DNA of 64,000 nucleotides, from positions 4,804-68,803 of the forward strand of contig NZ_JAJGBK010000017.1 in assembly GCF_020696975.1 (NCBI RefSeq), read 5' to 3'. The position numbers were made by a program, and so were the translations under genes. The stretch is from Methanoculleus sp. GTDB lineage: Archaea > Halobacteriota > Methanomicrobia > Methanomicrobiales > Methanoculleaceae. Of this stretch, positions 47,707-58,061 are shown in pieces; position 1 is the stretch's first letter; each line of letters opens with the position of its first letter. Below the pieces are notes generated by a model that was not told where the DNA came from, did not search any database, and was given only the letters and a program-made list of their open reading frames with translations.

Positions 47707-49986
47707 TCACTCCCGTACGCAGTAGACGTAGTAGACCCGGCGCCCATCCCTCGCCACGACATCCACCCCGTGCACCTCGTTCTCGAACCCGGGGAAGAGG
47801 GTATCGAACTCCTGCGACGCCGTGAGGTAATCGACGATCGCCCGCGTAGCCGGGGTGCACCGCTCCCCCGGCATGATGACCGGGATCCCGGGCGGGTAGG
47901 GGACGACCATCGCCGCGACTGTCTTCCCCTCGATGTCGCTCGCGGGCACCGGCGCCACCTCCCCGCGCACCAGGCGGCGGTATGCCTCCGCCGGGGTTAT
48001 GGCCGGCTCAGGCAGCGTCGCGTAGACGTTCCTGAGCGTGTCGGCGATCGACTTGTCACGCAGGTAGCCGTGCATCTCCTGGCAGAGGTCGCGGAGTCCA
48101 CGCCCGGCATACCGGGCGGGGTGCTGGCGCACGAGATCGGGGAAGACCTCCTCGATGGGGCTGTTCCCGTCGTAAAGGGCCTTGAACCGGAAGAGCTCTG
48201 CGAGCAGCGTCCCGGACTTGCCCTTGGTGATCCCGAGCGTGAAGAGGATCAGGAACGAGTAGTATCCGGTCTTCTCGACGACGATCCCGCTCTCCCTGAG
48301 ATACTTCGTGACGATGCTCGCCGGTATCCCCCGGTCCTCCATGCTCCCGCCCGGCCGGATCCCCGGAGTGAGGATCGTCACCTTAATCGGGTCGAGCATG
48401 GCGTAACCCTCCTCGATGCCGTCAAAGCCGTGCCAGGTATCGTGGGGATTTAAGAGCCAGCAGCCTGCCTCCTCCCGGAGGAGCCTGTCATCCGCCTCCT
48501 GGTCCATGATGCAGTCGGGCTGCCAGACGGTGAACCACCAGTAGTCCTCCTCAGGAAAGGGACCCCGCTGGATCTCTTCGGCCACCGTCACCATCTTCTT
48601 TCTAAAGACGATCGCCTCCTCGATCGCCTCTTCGACAAGGAACTTTCCTGAGTGCCCGGCCATCATCTTGGTGGCGACGTCAAGCGACGCTATGATGGTG
48701 TACTGGGGTGAGGTGGAGGTGAGCATCATGAACGCCTCGTTGAACCGCGGGTGGTCGACCGATCCCCGGCCCTGCTTGAAATGGAGCATCGAGCCCTGCG
48801 AGAAGGCGGCGAGGACCTTATGGGTCGACTGGGTGGCAAAGACTGTCGGCCCAACCCTATCCGCTGTATGCATCCCAAAGCGCCCCGCATAGAGGGGGTG
48901 GAACCGCGCGTAGCCGAACCATGCCTCGTCGAATTGGAGGTACGGGACCACATCCCAGAGATGCTCCTCGATCCTCTCTGCGTTGTAGCAGATCCCATCG
49001 TACGTGGAGTTCGTGATCACGGCCATCCTGATCGCCTGCGACGCGGGGTCCTCGATGAGCGGGCAGTCCCGGACCTTCGCCGCGATGACCGCAGGAAGGA
49101 ACTCGCGGCTGTGTATGGGTCCGATGATCCCGTACTCGTTTCGGGCCGGTATGAGGTAGACGGGGACGGCACCGGTCATGATGATAGCGTGCATCACGGA
49201 TGCATGACAGTTCCGGTCGACGAGGACGACGTCGCCGGGGGTGACGGTCGCAAGCCAGACGATCTTGTTTGCGGCCGATGTCCCGCCAGTGACGAAGTAG
49301 GTCCGGTCGGCCCCGAAGACCTCTGCGGCTCTCCGTTCTGCCTCGCCGACGACGCCCGAGTGATCAAGAAGCGAACCGAGTTCCGGCACCGAGGCCGAGA
49401 GGTCGGCCCTGAGAGCGTTCTCGCCAAAGAAGTTGTAGAATATCCGGCCTGCGGCGCTCTTGAGGAACGCGACGCCTCCCATATGCCCCGGGGTATGCCA
49501 CGAGTAGCGGTACTCCTCGACGTAGTCCATCAGCCCCTGGAAGAACGGGGGGAGGATGTCGGTGAGATAGTTCGTTGCCGCTCGTTTGATGTGGCCGGCG
49601 ATGAAGCCGGGCGTGTCCTCAAGCTTCCAGATGTAGCCGTCGATCCGGGATATGACGGAGAGTGGAATGGCGGAGATCGCCAGTTTCTCGGTATTCAAGA
49701 ATATCGGGACCTTCGGGTTCCTCTCCCTGATGAGGGTGATGACGTCCGCAGCGGTAAGCGTGCCGTCCGCGGCCTCCGGGGTGAGTTCCCAGTCGATGAT
49801 GATGCAGCTTGCGTGAGGGTGCGAGAGGAAGGCGTGGACCCCGTCGCGGGCGGTCAGGGCCTCAATGACGGAGAAGTTGTCACTCTTTAGTTCTTTTACA
49901 ATCTCCCGCGACGCACGGCCTTCAGCGGTATCCGAGTGCAGTTCGTCGTCGATGATGAGAACGGGAAACTCCTCCAGGTAGTCCAT
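47707..49986 (-). CDS. Fold-type I PLP-dependent Orn/Lys/Arg decarboxylase with N-terminal receiver-like wing domain
   Basis: 759 aa. Wing domain VLIIDDEL...; YSWHTPGHMGG; PLP-lysine motif STHKVLAAFSQGSMLH. The layout matches the LdcI/AdiA/SpeF family. Confidence 0.9.
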   Translation of the reverse strand: MDYLEEFPVLIIDDELHSDTAEGRASREIVKELKSDNFSVIEALTARDGVHAFLSHPHASCIIIDWELTPEAADGTLTAADVITLIRERNPKVPIFLNTEKLAISAIPLSVISRIDGYIWKLEDTPGFIAGHIKRAATNYLTDILPPFFQGLMDYVEEYRYSWHTPGHMGGVAFLKSAAGRIFYNFFGENALRADLSASVPELGSLLDHSGVVGEAERRAAEVFGADRTYFVTGGTSAANKIVWLATVTPGDVVLVDRNCHASVMHAIIMTGAVPVYLIPARNEYGIIGPIHSREFLPAVIAAKVRDCPLIEDPASQAIRMAVITNSTYDGICYNAERIEEHLWDVVPYLQFDEAWFGYARFHPLYAGRFGMHTADRVGPTVFATQSTHKVLAAFSQGSMLHFKQGRGSVDHPRFNEAFMMLTSTSPQYTIIASLDVATKMMAGHSGKFLVEEAIEEAIVFRKKMVTVAEEIQRGPFPEEDYWWFTVWQPDCIMDQEADDRLLREEAGCWLLNPHDTWHGFDGIEEGYAMLDPIKVTILTPGIRPGGSMEDRGIPASIVTKYLRESGIVVEKTGYYSFLILFTLGITKGKSGTLLAELFRFKALYDGNSPIEEVFPDLVRQHPARYAGRGLRDLCQEMHGYLRDKSIADTLRNVYATLPEPAITPAEAYRRLVRGEVAPVPASDIEGKTVAAMVVPYPPGIPVIMPGERCTPATRAIVDYLTASQEFDTLFPGFENEVHGVDVVARDGRRVYYVYCVRE

Positions 49987-50055
49987 GCGGCCACATCCTG
50001 GAGAATGATCGGGGGACGTCTCTTTAGAATGTTGCGGTCCGGCAGGAGAAGGCGG

Positions 50056-50904
50056 TCACCCGAGTTCGAACGACGTCACGCCGAAGATCTCGTCCATAGG
50101 GAGGTCGGGGATCGCTTTCGTGTAGATCCGTGCCGTCTCAAAGACGGGGACCATCCCGTGCCGGCGGGCAAGCGCCACGGCGGCGGCGTTCGGCTCCGGC
50201 GTGTCGAGGTAGACCGGCTCCCCCGGCGCCTCTGCCGAGAGCGAAAGAAAGATCTCCTCCGCGATGGCCGGAGTATCCGCAAAGAGCGGCCCGATCTTAT
50301 GGCCGTGGCGGCATCTCCGGATGACGCCGTATCCTGTGATCTCTCCGTCGTCCGCGAGAACGGCCCGGCCCCGGGTTCCTTCCTGCCAGATCCAGGCTTC
50401 GAGGAACCTGGGGCGCGGTGCCGGGAAGTGCCGGGTATCGTATGCGGCGAGCTGGTCGAATGCTACCTCGCCGAGGTCAACCGGCCCCTCCGGTTCGCTC
50501 TCGTCTCCGGTGCCCTCGAATCTGATGTTTCTGTAGGCAAGAGTGAACCCGGACCGCGTCCGGTACTTCTCCTGCATCGCGACGACACCGTCGCCCCCGA
50601 TGTTCCTGCCGGAGGCATGGTTCATCCCGGCGGCGAACAGTCTGCTCCCGTAGCCCCTGTTCCGGTATTCGGGCTTCATGATATACAGGCCGGCGAAGGC
50701 AAAGGCTTCAGTGTAGTTGACGACCGAGACCGAACCTATCGGCTCGCCGTCGAGTTCGGCGATGAAGAACCCTTCAGGATCGGCGGCATAGAAGGCCTCC
50801 GCATCGTAAACTCCCGGGTTCCACCCCTCCTGCTCCGCCCAGCCGACGGCGACCGCGACCTCCTCCCGGCTCATCGTCCTTATGACAAACCCTTCTCTGC
50901 TCAC
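50056..50904 (-). CDS. GNAT family N-acetyltransferase (YitH-like two-domain)
   Basis: VIRTMSREEVAVAVGWAEQEGWNPG and MKPEYRNRGYGSRLF. Start uncertain: GTG 50904 or ATG 50874. Lies ~70 nt upstream of the decarboxylase on the same strand. Confidence 0.75.
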   Translation of the reverse strand: MSREGFVIRTMSREEVAVAVGWAEQEGWNPGVYDAEAFYAADPEGFFIAELDGEPIGSVSVVNYTEAFAFAGLYIMKPEYRNRGYGSRLFAAGMNHASGRNIGGDGVVAMQEKYRTRSGFTLAYRNIRFEGTGDESEPEGPVDLGEVAFDQLAAYDTRHFPAPRPRFLEAWIWQEGTRGRAVLADDGEITGYGVIRRCRHGHKIGPLFADTPAIAEEIFLSLSAEAPGEPVYLDTPEPNAAAVALARRHGMVPVFETARIYTKAIPDLPMDEIFGVTSFELG

Positions 50905-51114
50905 GCTGTTCCTCGTTATGCGGTAGGTGCTCCTCCCATTTGATGATATCCGGGATAAAGTGGGGAGGATCTTGTATCCGGAGAAGTAACCCTGGATTTG
51001 CCTCAAAGGCGGCATTCATCGCCCTTCAGGTTATCGGGGCCTGGAAGAAGGCAAAAGCTCGGGAGATAATCCGGGCTGACGACATTTATATACGGAAACC
51101 GCCATCTACCACCG

Positions 51115-52566
51115 ATGACGGGCGAGGGCTTAAATCCACCGAAGGCCTGTCTGGGATTTGATATTCATTATCCCTGCTATCTCAATCCCGGGTTTCAGCC
51201 TGACGTGGTAAAGGGGAAGAGGAACGCGAAAGAGAGTTACTTTAACCCGAACGCGAAGGAGGACCTGGGCAGGGTCATTGACCGCTCCTTTCGGCCGACG
51301 ACGGAACTCCTTCTCGAACTTCTCGATGACGGGTTTACGTGCGCTTTTGCTATCTCCGGAACGGTGGTTGAGCACCTCGGGCAGTGGTACCCGGAGATGC
51401 TCGAACTCTTCTCCCGGGCGGCAACCCACCGAAACGCCGAACTCCTCGCCCAGACCTACTACCACAGCGTCGCCGGGCAGTTTGCCGATCTGCAAGAGTT
51501 TGCAGACGAGATCCTCATGCACCGTGACCTCATGAAGGAGCAGTTCTCGGCCGCGCCGACAACGTTTGCGCATACCGACTACCCCATCACCCCAGCCACC
51601 GCAGAGGCGCTTACCAGAGCCGGGATCCGGGCGGCCATCATCGAGGGGGGAGAGGGGCCTGCTCTCGAGAAGGACCCGAACCATACCTACACCTATCAGG
51701 GTCTCTCTGTCCTCGTCACCCACTGCGACCTCTCTGATGACATTGCCGTGCGGTTTCCGTGGCGGGGATGGGACAAGTGGCCGCTCATGGCCGACCAGTA
51801 CGCCGGGTGGCTCTCCGTATCCCCTGGCGACTGCATCACGCTCTTCCTCGACTACCGCATATTCGGAGACGTCATCGGCCAGGAGACCGGCATCCTCGAG
51901 TTCCTGCGTGCCCTCCCCTCTGCCCTCGCCGCGGAGGGGATCGAGACCGTACGCCCGTCGGAGGCTGCCCGGCTTCCACCGCGCGGGGATATCGGGGAGA
52001 CCCCCGGGCCAGGTCCGGAGAGCCTGCAGAGGACCATCCTGCAGCAGTCAGCCCTTGAGGCGCTCGAGGAGGCCGAAAACCTGGTTGCCGACGGAGGAGT
52101 CTGGCGCTGCCTCCTCGATACCGATCACATCCGGCGGATGGCCATGCGCTCAACCTCGTGCGGACGACCCCTCCACGCCGTCAGCCACCAGGCGACTTAC
52201 GACTACTTCGCCTCATTCATGAGGGTTCTCTCCCACGCAGAGGAGCGGTCTGCGGCCAGTGCACGGTCGCCGAAAGCCGCGCTCTCGCTCCGGTGCGTCC
52301 CTCCCGATAAAGCATTCTACTTCTCGTCGTACGACAGGCCTGCCGGATACGCCGCCCACAGCCTGCAGGAACTCGCAAACATGCTCGAGTTTGCACCAGA
52401 CGACGTCATCCGCTATCACGTGGAGCGGGAGGACTTTTACCGCTGGATCGACCAGGCTATCGGTGATACCAGACTGGCGGAGAAGATCCGGGACCGCTCC
52501 GACCGCGCCGAACTCCGATCAACAATTCAGAAGAGGATCGACAAACTATGGAAGCGCTTAAGATAG
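51115..52566 (+). CDS. GH57-family-like protein (divergent)
   Basis: N-terminal LGFDIHYPCYLNP is an HQP-region variant, and the overall GH57 N-domain layout is present. First gene of the glycogen cluster. Confidence 0.65.
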   Translation: MTGEGLNPPKACLGFDIHYPCYLNPGFQPDVVKGKRNAKESYFNPNAKEDLGRVIDRSFRPTTELLLELLDDGFTCAFAISGTVVEHLGQWYPEMLELFSRAATHRNAELLAQTYYHSVAGQFADLQEFADEILMHRDLMKEQFSAAPTTFAHTDYPITPATAEALTRAGIRAAIIEGGEGPALEKDPNHTYTYQGLSVLVTHCDLSDDIAVRFPWRGWDKWPLMADQYAGWLSVSPGDCITLFLDYRIFGDVIGQETGILEFLRALPSALAAEGIETVRPSEAARLPPRGDIGETPGPGPESLQRTILQQSALEALEEAENLVADGGVWRCLLDTDHIRRMAMRSTSCGRPLHAVSHQATYDYFASFMRVLSHAEERSAASARSPKAALSLRCVPPDKAFYFSSYDRPAGYAAHSLQELANMLEFAPDDVIRYHVEREDFYRWIDQAIGDTRLAEKIRDRSDRAELRSTIQKRIDKLWKRLR

Positions 52567-53702
52567 CGTTCTTCTGCTGGGAGTCGCTCCACTCCACGTT
52601 CAAGGTGGGCGGCCTTGCGCCAGCGGCGACTCACCTTGCCGAGCACCTTGCCCGGAGAGGGCACGAGGTCCACTTCTTCACGCGGGGAGAGCCCGGGGAC
52701 GCGGTGATCGAGAACGTCCACTACCATTACTGCCTGCCGTTCGGCGACAACATCCTCGAGTACTGCAGGACCATGAGCAGCATGCTCGTGGACGCCTTCC
52801 GCGCTTACGATACCCCGCCGTTTGAGATTCTTCACTTCCACGACTGGCACCTCGTCGAGGCTATGCACACCCTCCGCGACCGAAACACCGTCCTCTCCTT
52901 CCACTCAACCGAATACGGGCGGCACGGGGGGAATTTCGGCGGCTGGTGGGAGTTTCAGGAGATCTCGGGCAAGGAGTGGTACGGGGCCTACATCGCAACG
53001 GCGGTCACGACTGTCTCGAACTCGACGAAGACCGAGGCGATGTGGCTCTACAACGTCCCGGAGTGGAAGATCACCGTCATCCCGAACGGGGTTGACCCCG
53101 ATGCCTTCTGTATCCGGCTCGACCCTGGCGAGGTGAAGAAACGCTACGGCATCCATCCCCTTGCGCCTGTAGTCCTCTTCGTCGGGCGTCTCACCTACCA
53201 GAAGGGGCCCGACCTCCTGGTCCAGGCCATACCCCAGATCCTGGCCAAGCGCTGGGACGTCCAGTTCCTCTTTGCCGGCACCGGGGATATGCGCGGCTAC
53301 CTGGAGGGGATGGCACACGGTCTTCCCGTGCAGTTCCTCGGCTACGTCTCCGACGCGGATCACCTCCAGCTCCTGAACGCCTGCGACCTTGTCGTCATAC
53401 CGAGCAGGAACGAACCCTTCGGGCTTGTCCTCACGGAGGCCTGGAGTGCAGAGCGCTGCGTCGTCGCGACAGATGTCGGGGGGCTTGCCGAGAATATTGA
53501 TAACTTCGCAAACGGCATCAAGGTCCCTGTCCGCCCGGACTCGATCGCCTGGGGGGTATGCCATCTCATCGACGACCCGGCCTACATGCAGAGGCTCGGG
53601 AGGGCCGGGCGCAGGAAGGTGATGGAGAGGTTCAGGTGGGATGTCGTCACGGAGAGGATGCTCGGGGTCTACCGGAACGTTCTCTCCGGCGTCCTGCGAT
53701 AG
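52548..53702 (+). CDS. glgA: Glycogen synthase-like glycosyltransferase (GT-B)
   Basis: KIAFFCWESLHSTFKVGGLA at the N-terminus and C-terminal PSRNEPFGLVLTEAW (E-x7-E region). Confidence 0.8.
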   Translation: MEALKIAFFCWESLHSTFKVGGLAPAATHLAEHLARRGHEVHFFTRGEPGDAVIENVHYHYCLPFGDNILEYCRTMSSMLVDAFRAYDTPPFEILHFHDWHLVEAMHTLRDRNTVLSFHSTEYGRHGGNFGGWWEFQEISGKEWYGAYIATAVTTVSNSTKTEAMWLYNVPEWKITVIPNGVDPDAFCIRLDPGEVKKRYGIHPLAPVVLFVGRLTYQKGPDLLVQAIPQILAKRWDVQFLFAGTGDMRGYLEGMAHGLPVQFLGYVSDADHLQLLNACDLVVIPSRNEPFGLVLTEAWSAERCVVATDVGGLAENIDNFANGIKVPVRPDSIAWGVCHLIDDPAYMQRLGRAGRRKVMERFRWDVVTERMLGVYRNVLSGVLR

Positions 53703-53723
53703 ACCTATCAGGAGGATACCGCC

Positions 53724-55655
53724 ATGCAGCAGGTGTTACCGGAGATCACAAAGACCGGGAGCCTCATCACCGACTACGACGTCTACCTCTTCCGGCAGGG
53801 GAACCACTCCCGCCTGTACGAGAAGCTGGGATCGCACCCCGCCGTCGCTAACGGTGTACAGGGGACGTTCTTTTCGGTCTGGGCGCCGAATGCGGCGGAG
53901 GTCTCGGTCATCGGGGATTTTAACCGCTGGAAGGCCGGCCGGCATCCGCTCTCGATCCGGAACGACGACTCTGGCATATGGGAAGGGTTCATCCCCGATA
54001 TCGGCCACGGAGCGCTCTACAAATACCACATCAAGAGCCGGTACAACAACTACCAGGTGGAGAAGGGCGACCCGTTCGCGTATTTCTGGGAGGTTCCGCC
54101 AAAGACCGCATCCATCGTCTGGGATCTTGACTACACCTGGCGCGACCGGGCGTGGATGCGGTGCCGCGAGGAGGATAACACCCCGAACTCCCCCATATCC
54201 ATCTACGAGGTGCATCCCGGTTCATGGCGGAAGGTGCCCGAAGAGGAGAACCGGTCCTTAAACTACCGGGAACTCGCGACCGGGCTTGCCGAGTATCTCC
54301 TTGAGACCGGATTTACCCACGTCGAGTTCCTCCCCGTCATGGAGCACCCGTTCTACGCCTCCTGGGGCTACCAGACGCTCGGTTACTTCGCGCCCACCAG
54401 CAGGTACGGCACCCCGGAGGACTTCATGCACCTTGTCGACTACCTGCACCAGCGCGGGATCGGGGTGTTCCTCGACTGGGTGCCGTCCCATTTCCCCGCC
54501 GACGGCTACGGCCTCTCCTATTTCGACGGCACGCACCTCTACGAGCATGCCCTCCCCGGCCAGCGCTACCACCCGGAGTGGAAGAGTTACATCTTCAACC
54601 TCGGAAGAAACGAGGTTCGGTCGTTCCTTATGAGCAGCGCCGTATTCTGGCTGGAACGCTACCACGCGGACGGTCTGCGGGTGGACGCGGTCTCCTCGAT
54701 GCTCTACCTGGACTACGCGCGGAGTGCCGGAGAATGGATACCGAACGTCTACGGCGGGAGGGAGAACCTCGAGGCGATAGCCTTCCTCCGGAAGGTGAAC
54801 GATACGGTCCACGCTAAATTCCCGGATGTGCTCGTCATCGCCGAGGAAGCGACCTCCTGGCCGGGAGTGACCGCCCCGACCGCGACGGGGGGGCTCGGGT
54901 TCGACCTGAAATGGAATATGGGCTGGATGCACGATACCCTGGACTACTTCGTGCTTGACCCGGTTTTCCGGAAATACCGGCCCGATCTTATCACGTTCAG
55001 CATATGGTACGCGTTCCGGGAGCGTTACATCCTTCCCCTCTCGCACGACGAGGTCGTCCACGAGAAGAGTTCGCTCGCCGGAAAGATGCCCGGCGATGAG
55101 TGGCGGAAACGGGCGAACCTCCGTCTCCTGTATGGATATATGTTCACGCATCCGGGGAAGAAACTCCTTTTTATGGGCGGGGAGTTCGGGCAGTGGTCGG
55201 AGTGGAGCCACGACGCCGGGCTTTCATGGGATCTCCTGCAGTATCCGCCCCACCAGGGGATCCGCCGGTGGGTCACTGACTTAAATCACCTCTACCGGCG
55301 GGAGCCCGCTCTCCACGAGCGGGACGCCGACCCGGGAGGATTTGAGTGGGTCGACTTCTCGGACGTCGAGAAGAGCATCGTCAATTACCTGCGTCGGGGG
55401 CTCTCGGCCGAAGAGGTTGCCCTCGTCGTCTGCAACTGCACCCCGGTACCGCGCTACGGCTACCGGGTCGGCGTCCCGTTCGGCGGGTTCTGGAAGGAGG
55501 TGCTCAACAGCGATGCAGTCGAGTACGGGGGGAGCGGTGTCGGGAACCTCGGGGGGGTGAAGGCGGAGCAGGACCCGGCGCACGGCCGGCCATGGTCCCT
55601 CCCGCTCACCCTGCCGCCGCTTGGCGTTGTCATCTTTCTTCCCGAGGGGGCATGA
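53724..55655 (+). CDS. glgB: 1,4-alpha-glucan branching enzyme (GH13)
   Basis: [55 protein letters not shown]. Confidence 0.9.
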   Translation: MQQVLPEITKTGSLITDYDVYLFRQGNHSRLYEKLGSHPAVANGVQGTFFSVWAPNAAEVSVIGDFNRWKAGRHPLSIRNDDSGIWEGFIPDIGHGALYKYHIKSRYNNYQVEKGDPFAYFWEVPPKTASIVWDLDYTWRDRAWMRCREEDNTPNSPISIYEVHPGSWRKVPEEENRSLNYRELATGLAEYLLETGFTHVEFLPVMEHPFYASWGYQTLGYFAPTSRYGTPEDFMHLVDYLHQRGIGVFLDWVPSHFPADGYGLSYFDGTHLYEHALPGQRYHPEWKSYIFNLGRNEVRSFLMSSAVFWLERYHADGLRVDAVSSMLYLDYARSAGEWIPNVYGGRENLEAIAFLRKVNDTVHAKFPDVLVIAEEATSWPGVTAPTATGGLGFDLKWNMGWMHDTLDYFVLDPVFRKYRPDLITFSIWYAFRERYILPLSHDEVVHEKSSLAGKMPGDEWRKRANLRLLYGYMFTHPGKKLLFMGGEFGQWSEWSHDAGLSWDLLQYPPHQGIRRWVTDLNHLYRREPALHERDADPGGFEWVDFSDVEKSIVNYLRRGLSAEEVALVVCNCTPVPRYGYRVGVPFGGFWKEVLNSDAVEYGGSGVGNLGGVKAEQDPAHGRPWSLPLTLPPLGVVIFLPEGA

Positions 55656-58048
55656 CGATGGACCGCGCTGTCTGTATCCACGGCCACTTCTACCAGCCTT
55701 CAAGGGAGAACCCCTGGCTCGGGGAGGTCGAGGTCCAGCGGTCCGCCGCACCGCACCACGACTGGAACGAGCGGGTGACCACGGAGTGTTACGCCCCGAA
55801 CACCGCCGCACGCATCCTTGACGCGGACGGTATGATCGAGGAGACCGTGAACACCTACTCACGGATCAGTTTCACGGCCGCCCCGACCATCCTTGCCTGG
55901 CTCGCGCGGCACCGGCCGGCGGTCTACGGCGCGATCATCGAGGCCGACCGGGAGAGCCGGGAGCGCTACGCCAACCACGGCTCCGCGATCGCCTGCTGCT
56001 ACAACCACATCATCATGCCGCTCGCGACCCGGCGGGATAAGCAGGCCCAGGTCGCGTGGGGTGTCCGCGACTTTGTATCCCGGTTCGACCGGGAGCCCGA
56101 AGGGATGTGGCTCCCGGAGACGGCGGTCGATCTCGAGTCCCTGGATATCATGGCGGGGGCGGGGATCCGGTTCACGGTCCTTGCTCCTCACCAGGCGGGA
56201 ATGGTGCGCCCGATCGGGTCGGATGTCTGGACAGACGTCTCGGGCGGTCGGGCCGAGACAAGGATGCCCTACCTCTGCCGCCTCCCTTCCGGGCGGAGCA
56301 TCACGATCTTCTTCTACGACGGAGGCATCGCCCGCGACGTTGCGTTCGGCGACCTGCTCTCCGACGGGCGGCGGTTTGCCGGGCGGCTGCTCGGCGCGTT
56401 CTCCCGAAACCCTGACCGTCCGGAGCTCGTGCATATCGCGACCGATGGAGAGACCTACGGTCACCACCGCGAGTTCGGGGAGATGGCCCTCGCCTACTGC
56501 CTCAAGACCATCGAGGCCCGGCATGAGGCACGCCTTACGGTCTACGGCGAGTATCTTGCCGCTCACCCGCCCACGCACGAGGTCACCGTCCGGGAGGGGA
56601 CGTCGTGGAGCTGCATCCACGGTCTCGAACGCTGGCGGGGAGAGTGCGGATGCAACTGCGGGACGCATCCAGAGTGGTCGCAGGCATGGCGCGGGCCGCT
56701 CAGGGAGGCGGTCATCATGGTCCGGGACGCCCTCGCCCCCCGGGCCGCGGAAGCGCTTGCGCTCCTCGTCCGCGATCCGGCGGAGGCCCGCGACGACGCT
56801 GTCGCCCTCGCCCTCGGCCGGTGGTCCGACGAGGCCGCGGCGGCGTTCTTCGCACGGCATGCGCTCCGCGCCCTCTCTCCCCACGAGCAGCGGCGGGTGC
56901 TCACGCTCCTTGAGATGGAGCGGCAGACGATGCTGATGCAGACGAGCTGCGGCTGGTTCTTCGACGACATCACGGAGCCGGGGAGCGTCCAGGTGATGCG
57001 GCACGCAGGCCGGGCAATGGACCTTGCCCGACAGGCCCTCGACCTCGACCTCGAGCCGGGGTTCATCGGTATCCTCCGCCGCGCTCCGACAAACGATCCG
57101 GGGTATGCGACCGGCGCCGCGGTCTACGAGGCCGAGGTCAGGCCGCGAGCATTCGACCTCGTCCGGCTCGGGGCAGGGGCGGCCCTCTATACCCTCTTCG
57201 ACATCGAGCACCCTGCGACCGCGCCGGGGATGTACGCCTTCCGGGGGGCCTGGCGTTACCGTTCAAACGTCGGGGGTTGCCGCCGCATCCTCGGGACCGT
57301 CCGGGTCCGGTCCCGGGCGACGGGCGAGGAGACGCTCCTTGATGCGGCCGCGTTCTTCTCCGGGATGGACCGGATCGTCTTCGGCGTCCGCGAGTCCGGT
57401 GGTGAGGAGGCGCTCCGGCCGGTATGGGTGGGGTTGATGGGCCCGGATCCCGCCGGGACAATCTCCGGAACCTTTGACCGGGTCTACACAGCGTCCGACC
57501 TCTCCGATGAGGAACGGTGGGCGATCGCCCGCCGGACCGCTCCCGGGCTCGGGCAGGCGATCTGCACGGTCTACCGTGACGCGGCGGCTTTGATTCGAGC
57601 GATCGAGGATCTCGGGATCCCTCTGCCGGGAGCAGCCGCCCATCTTCTGGCGCATGCGAAGACCACGCGGCTCCTCGCGATGCTCAATGATGGGTGCCCC
57701 GACCCTGACCGGTTCTTCGCGCTCGCGGAAGAGATGAGAGCCCGGAACCTTGCGCCCGACCTCGCGGCCCTCGGGGAGGCGGCGAGCAGGCGGATCACGC
57801 TCTCTCTCCGGGCGGCGGAGGACCGCCCGGAGGATCCGGCTCCCTTTGAGGATATCGTCCGTGTCTTTGGGTGCGCAAACGTTTTTGGGCTCTCGTTCAC
57901 CTTATGGGAGAGCCAGAACATCTTTATCGGGCTGCGCGGGTGCTACGCGGATATGGAGCAGCGTGCCGCCCGGGGCGACGGGGGTGCAGAACGGTGGGCA
58001 GGGGCCTTCAGGAGGGCGGCGGCATGCCTCGGGGTGAGGGTTGCGTGA
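55652..58048 (+). CDS. GH57 glycoside hydrolase with DUF3536-like C-terminal extension
   Basis: Internal start [22 protein letters not shown] overlaps the glgB stop. GMWLPETAV is the nucleophile region and [11 protein letters not shown] is the acid/base region. Confidence 0.85.
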   Translation: MTMDRAVCIHGHFYQPSRENPWLGEVEVQRSAAPHHDWNERVTTECYAPNTAARILDADGMIEETVNTYSRISFTAAPTILAWLARHRPAVYGAIIEADRESRERYANHGSAIACCYNHIIMPLATRRDKQAQVAWGVRDFVSRFDREPEGMWLPETAVDLESLDIMAGAGIRFTVLAPHQAGMVRPIGSDVWTDVSGGRAETRMPYLCRLPSGRSITIFFYDGGIARDVAFGDLLSDGRRFAGRLLGAFSRNPDRPELVHIATDGETYGHHREFGEMALAYCLKTIEARHEARLTVYGEYLAAHPPTHEVTVREGTSWSCIHGLERWRGECGCNCGTHPEWSQAWRGPLREAVIMVRDALAPRAAEALALLVRDPAEARDDAVALALGRWSDEAAAAFFARHALRALSPHEQRRVLTLLEMERQTMLMQTSCGWFFDDITEPGSVQVMRHAGRAMDLARQALDLDLEPGFIGILRRAPTNDPGYATGAAVYEAEVRPRAFDLVRLGAGAALYTLFDIEHPATAPGMYAFRGAWRYRSNVGGCRRILGTVRVRSRATGEETLLDAAAFFSGMDRIVFGVRESGGEEALRPVWVGLMGPDPAGTISGTFDRVYTASDLSDEERWAIARRTAPGLGQAICTVYRDAAALIRAIEDLGIPLPGAAAHLLAHAKTTRLLAMLNDGCPDPDRFFALAEEMRARNLAPDLAALGEAASRRITLSLRAAEDRPEDPAPFEDIVRVFGCANVFGLSFTLWESQNIFIGLRGCYADMEQRAARGDGGAERWAGAFRRAAACLGVRVA

Positions 58049-58061
58049 GGAGGATCGGGGC

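Noticed and set aside
46377-47825. 482-aa Arg/Pro/Gly-rich ORF on the plus strand
   Set aside because: It is an alternate frame of the MFS transporter gene. It has no hydrophobic helices and extreme composition, whereas the MFS frame shows canonical transporter motifs.
55859-57211. 450-aa ORF on the minus strand, together with similar long antisense or alternate-frame ORFs at 58008-59351, 54258-55211, 27884-28930, 48751-49890 and 49936-50943
   Set aside because: All lie opposite to, or out of frame within, genes with strong family signatures (GH57/DUF3536, malQ, glgB, tgtA, decarboxylase, GNAT). They are high-GC frame artefacts.
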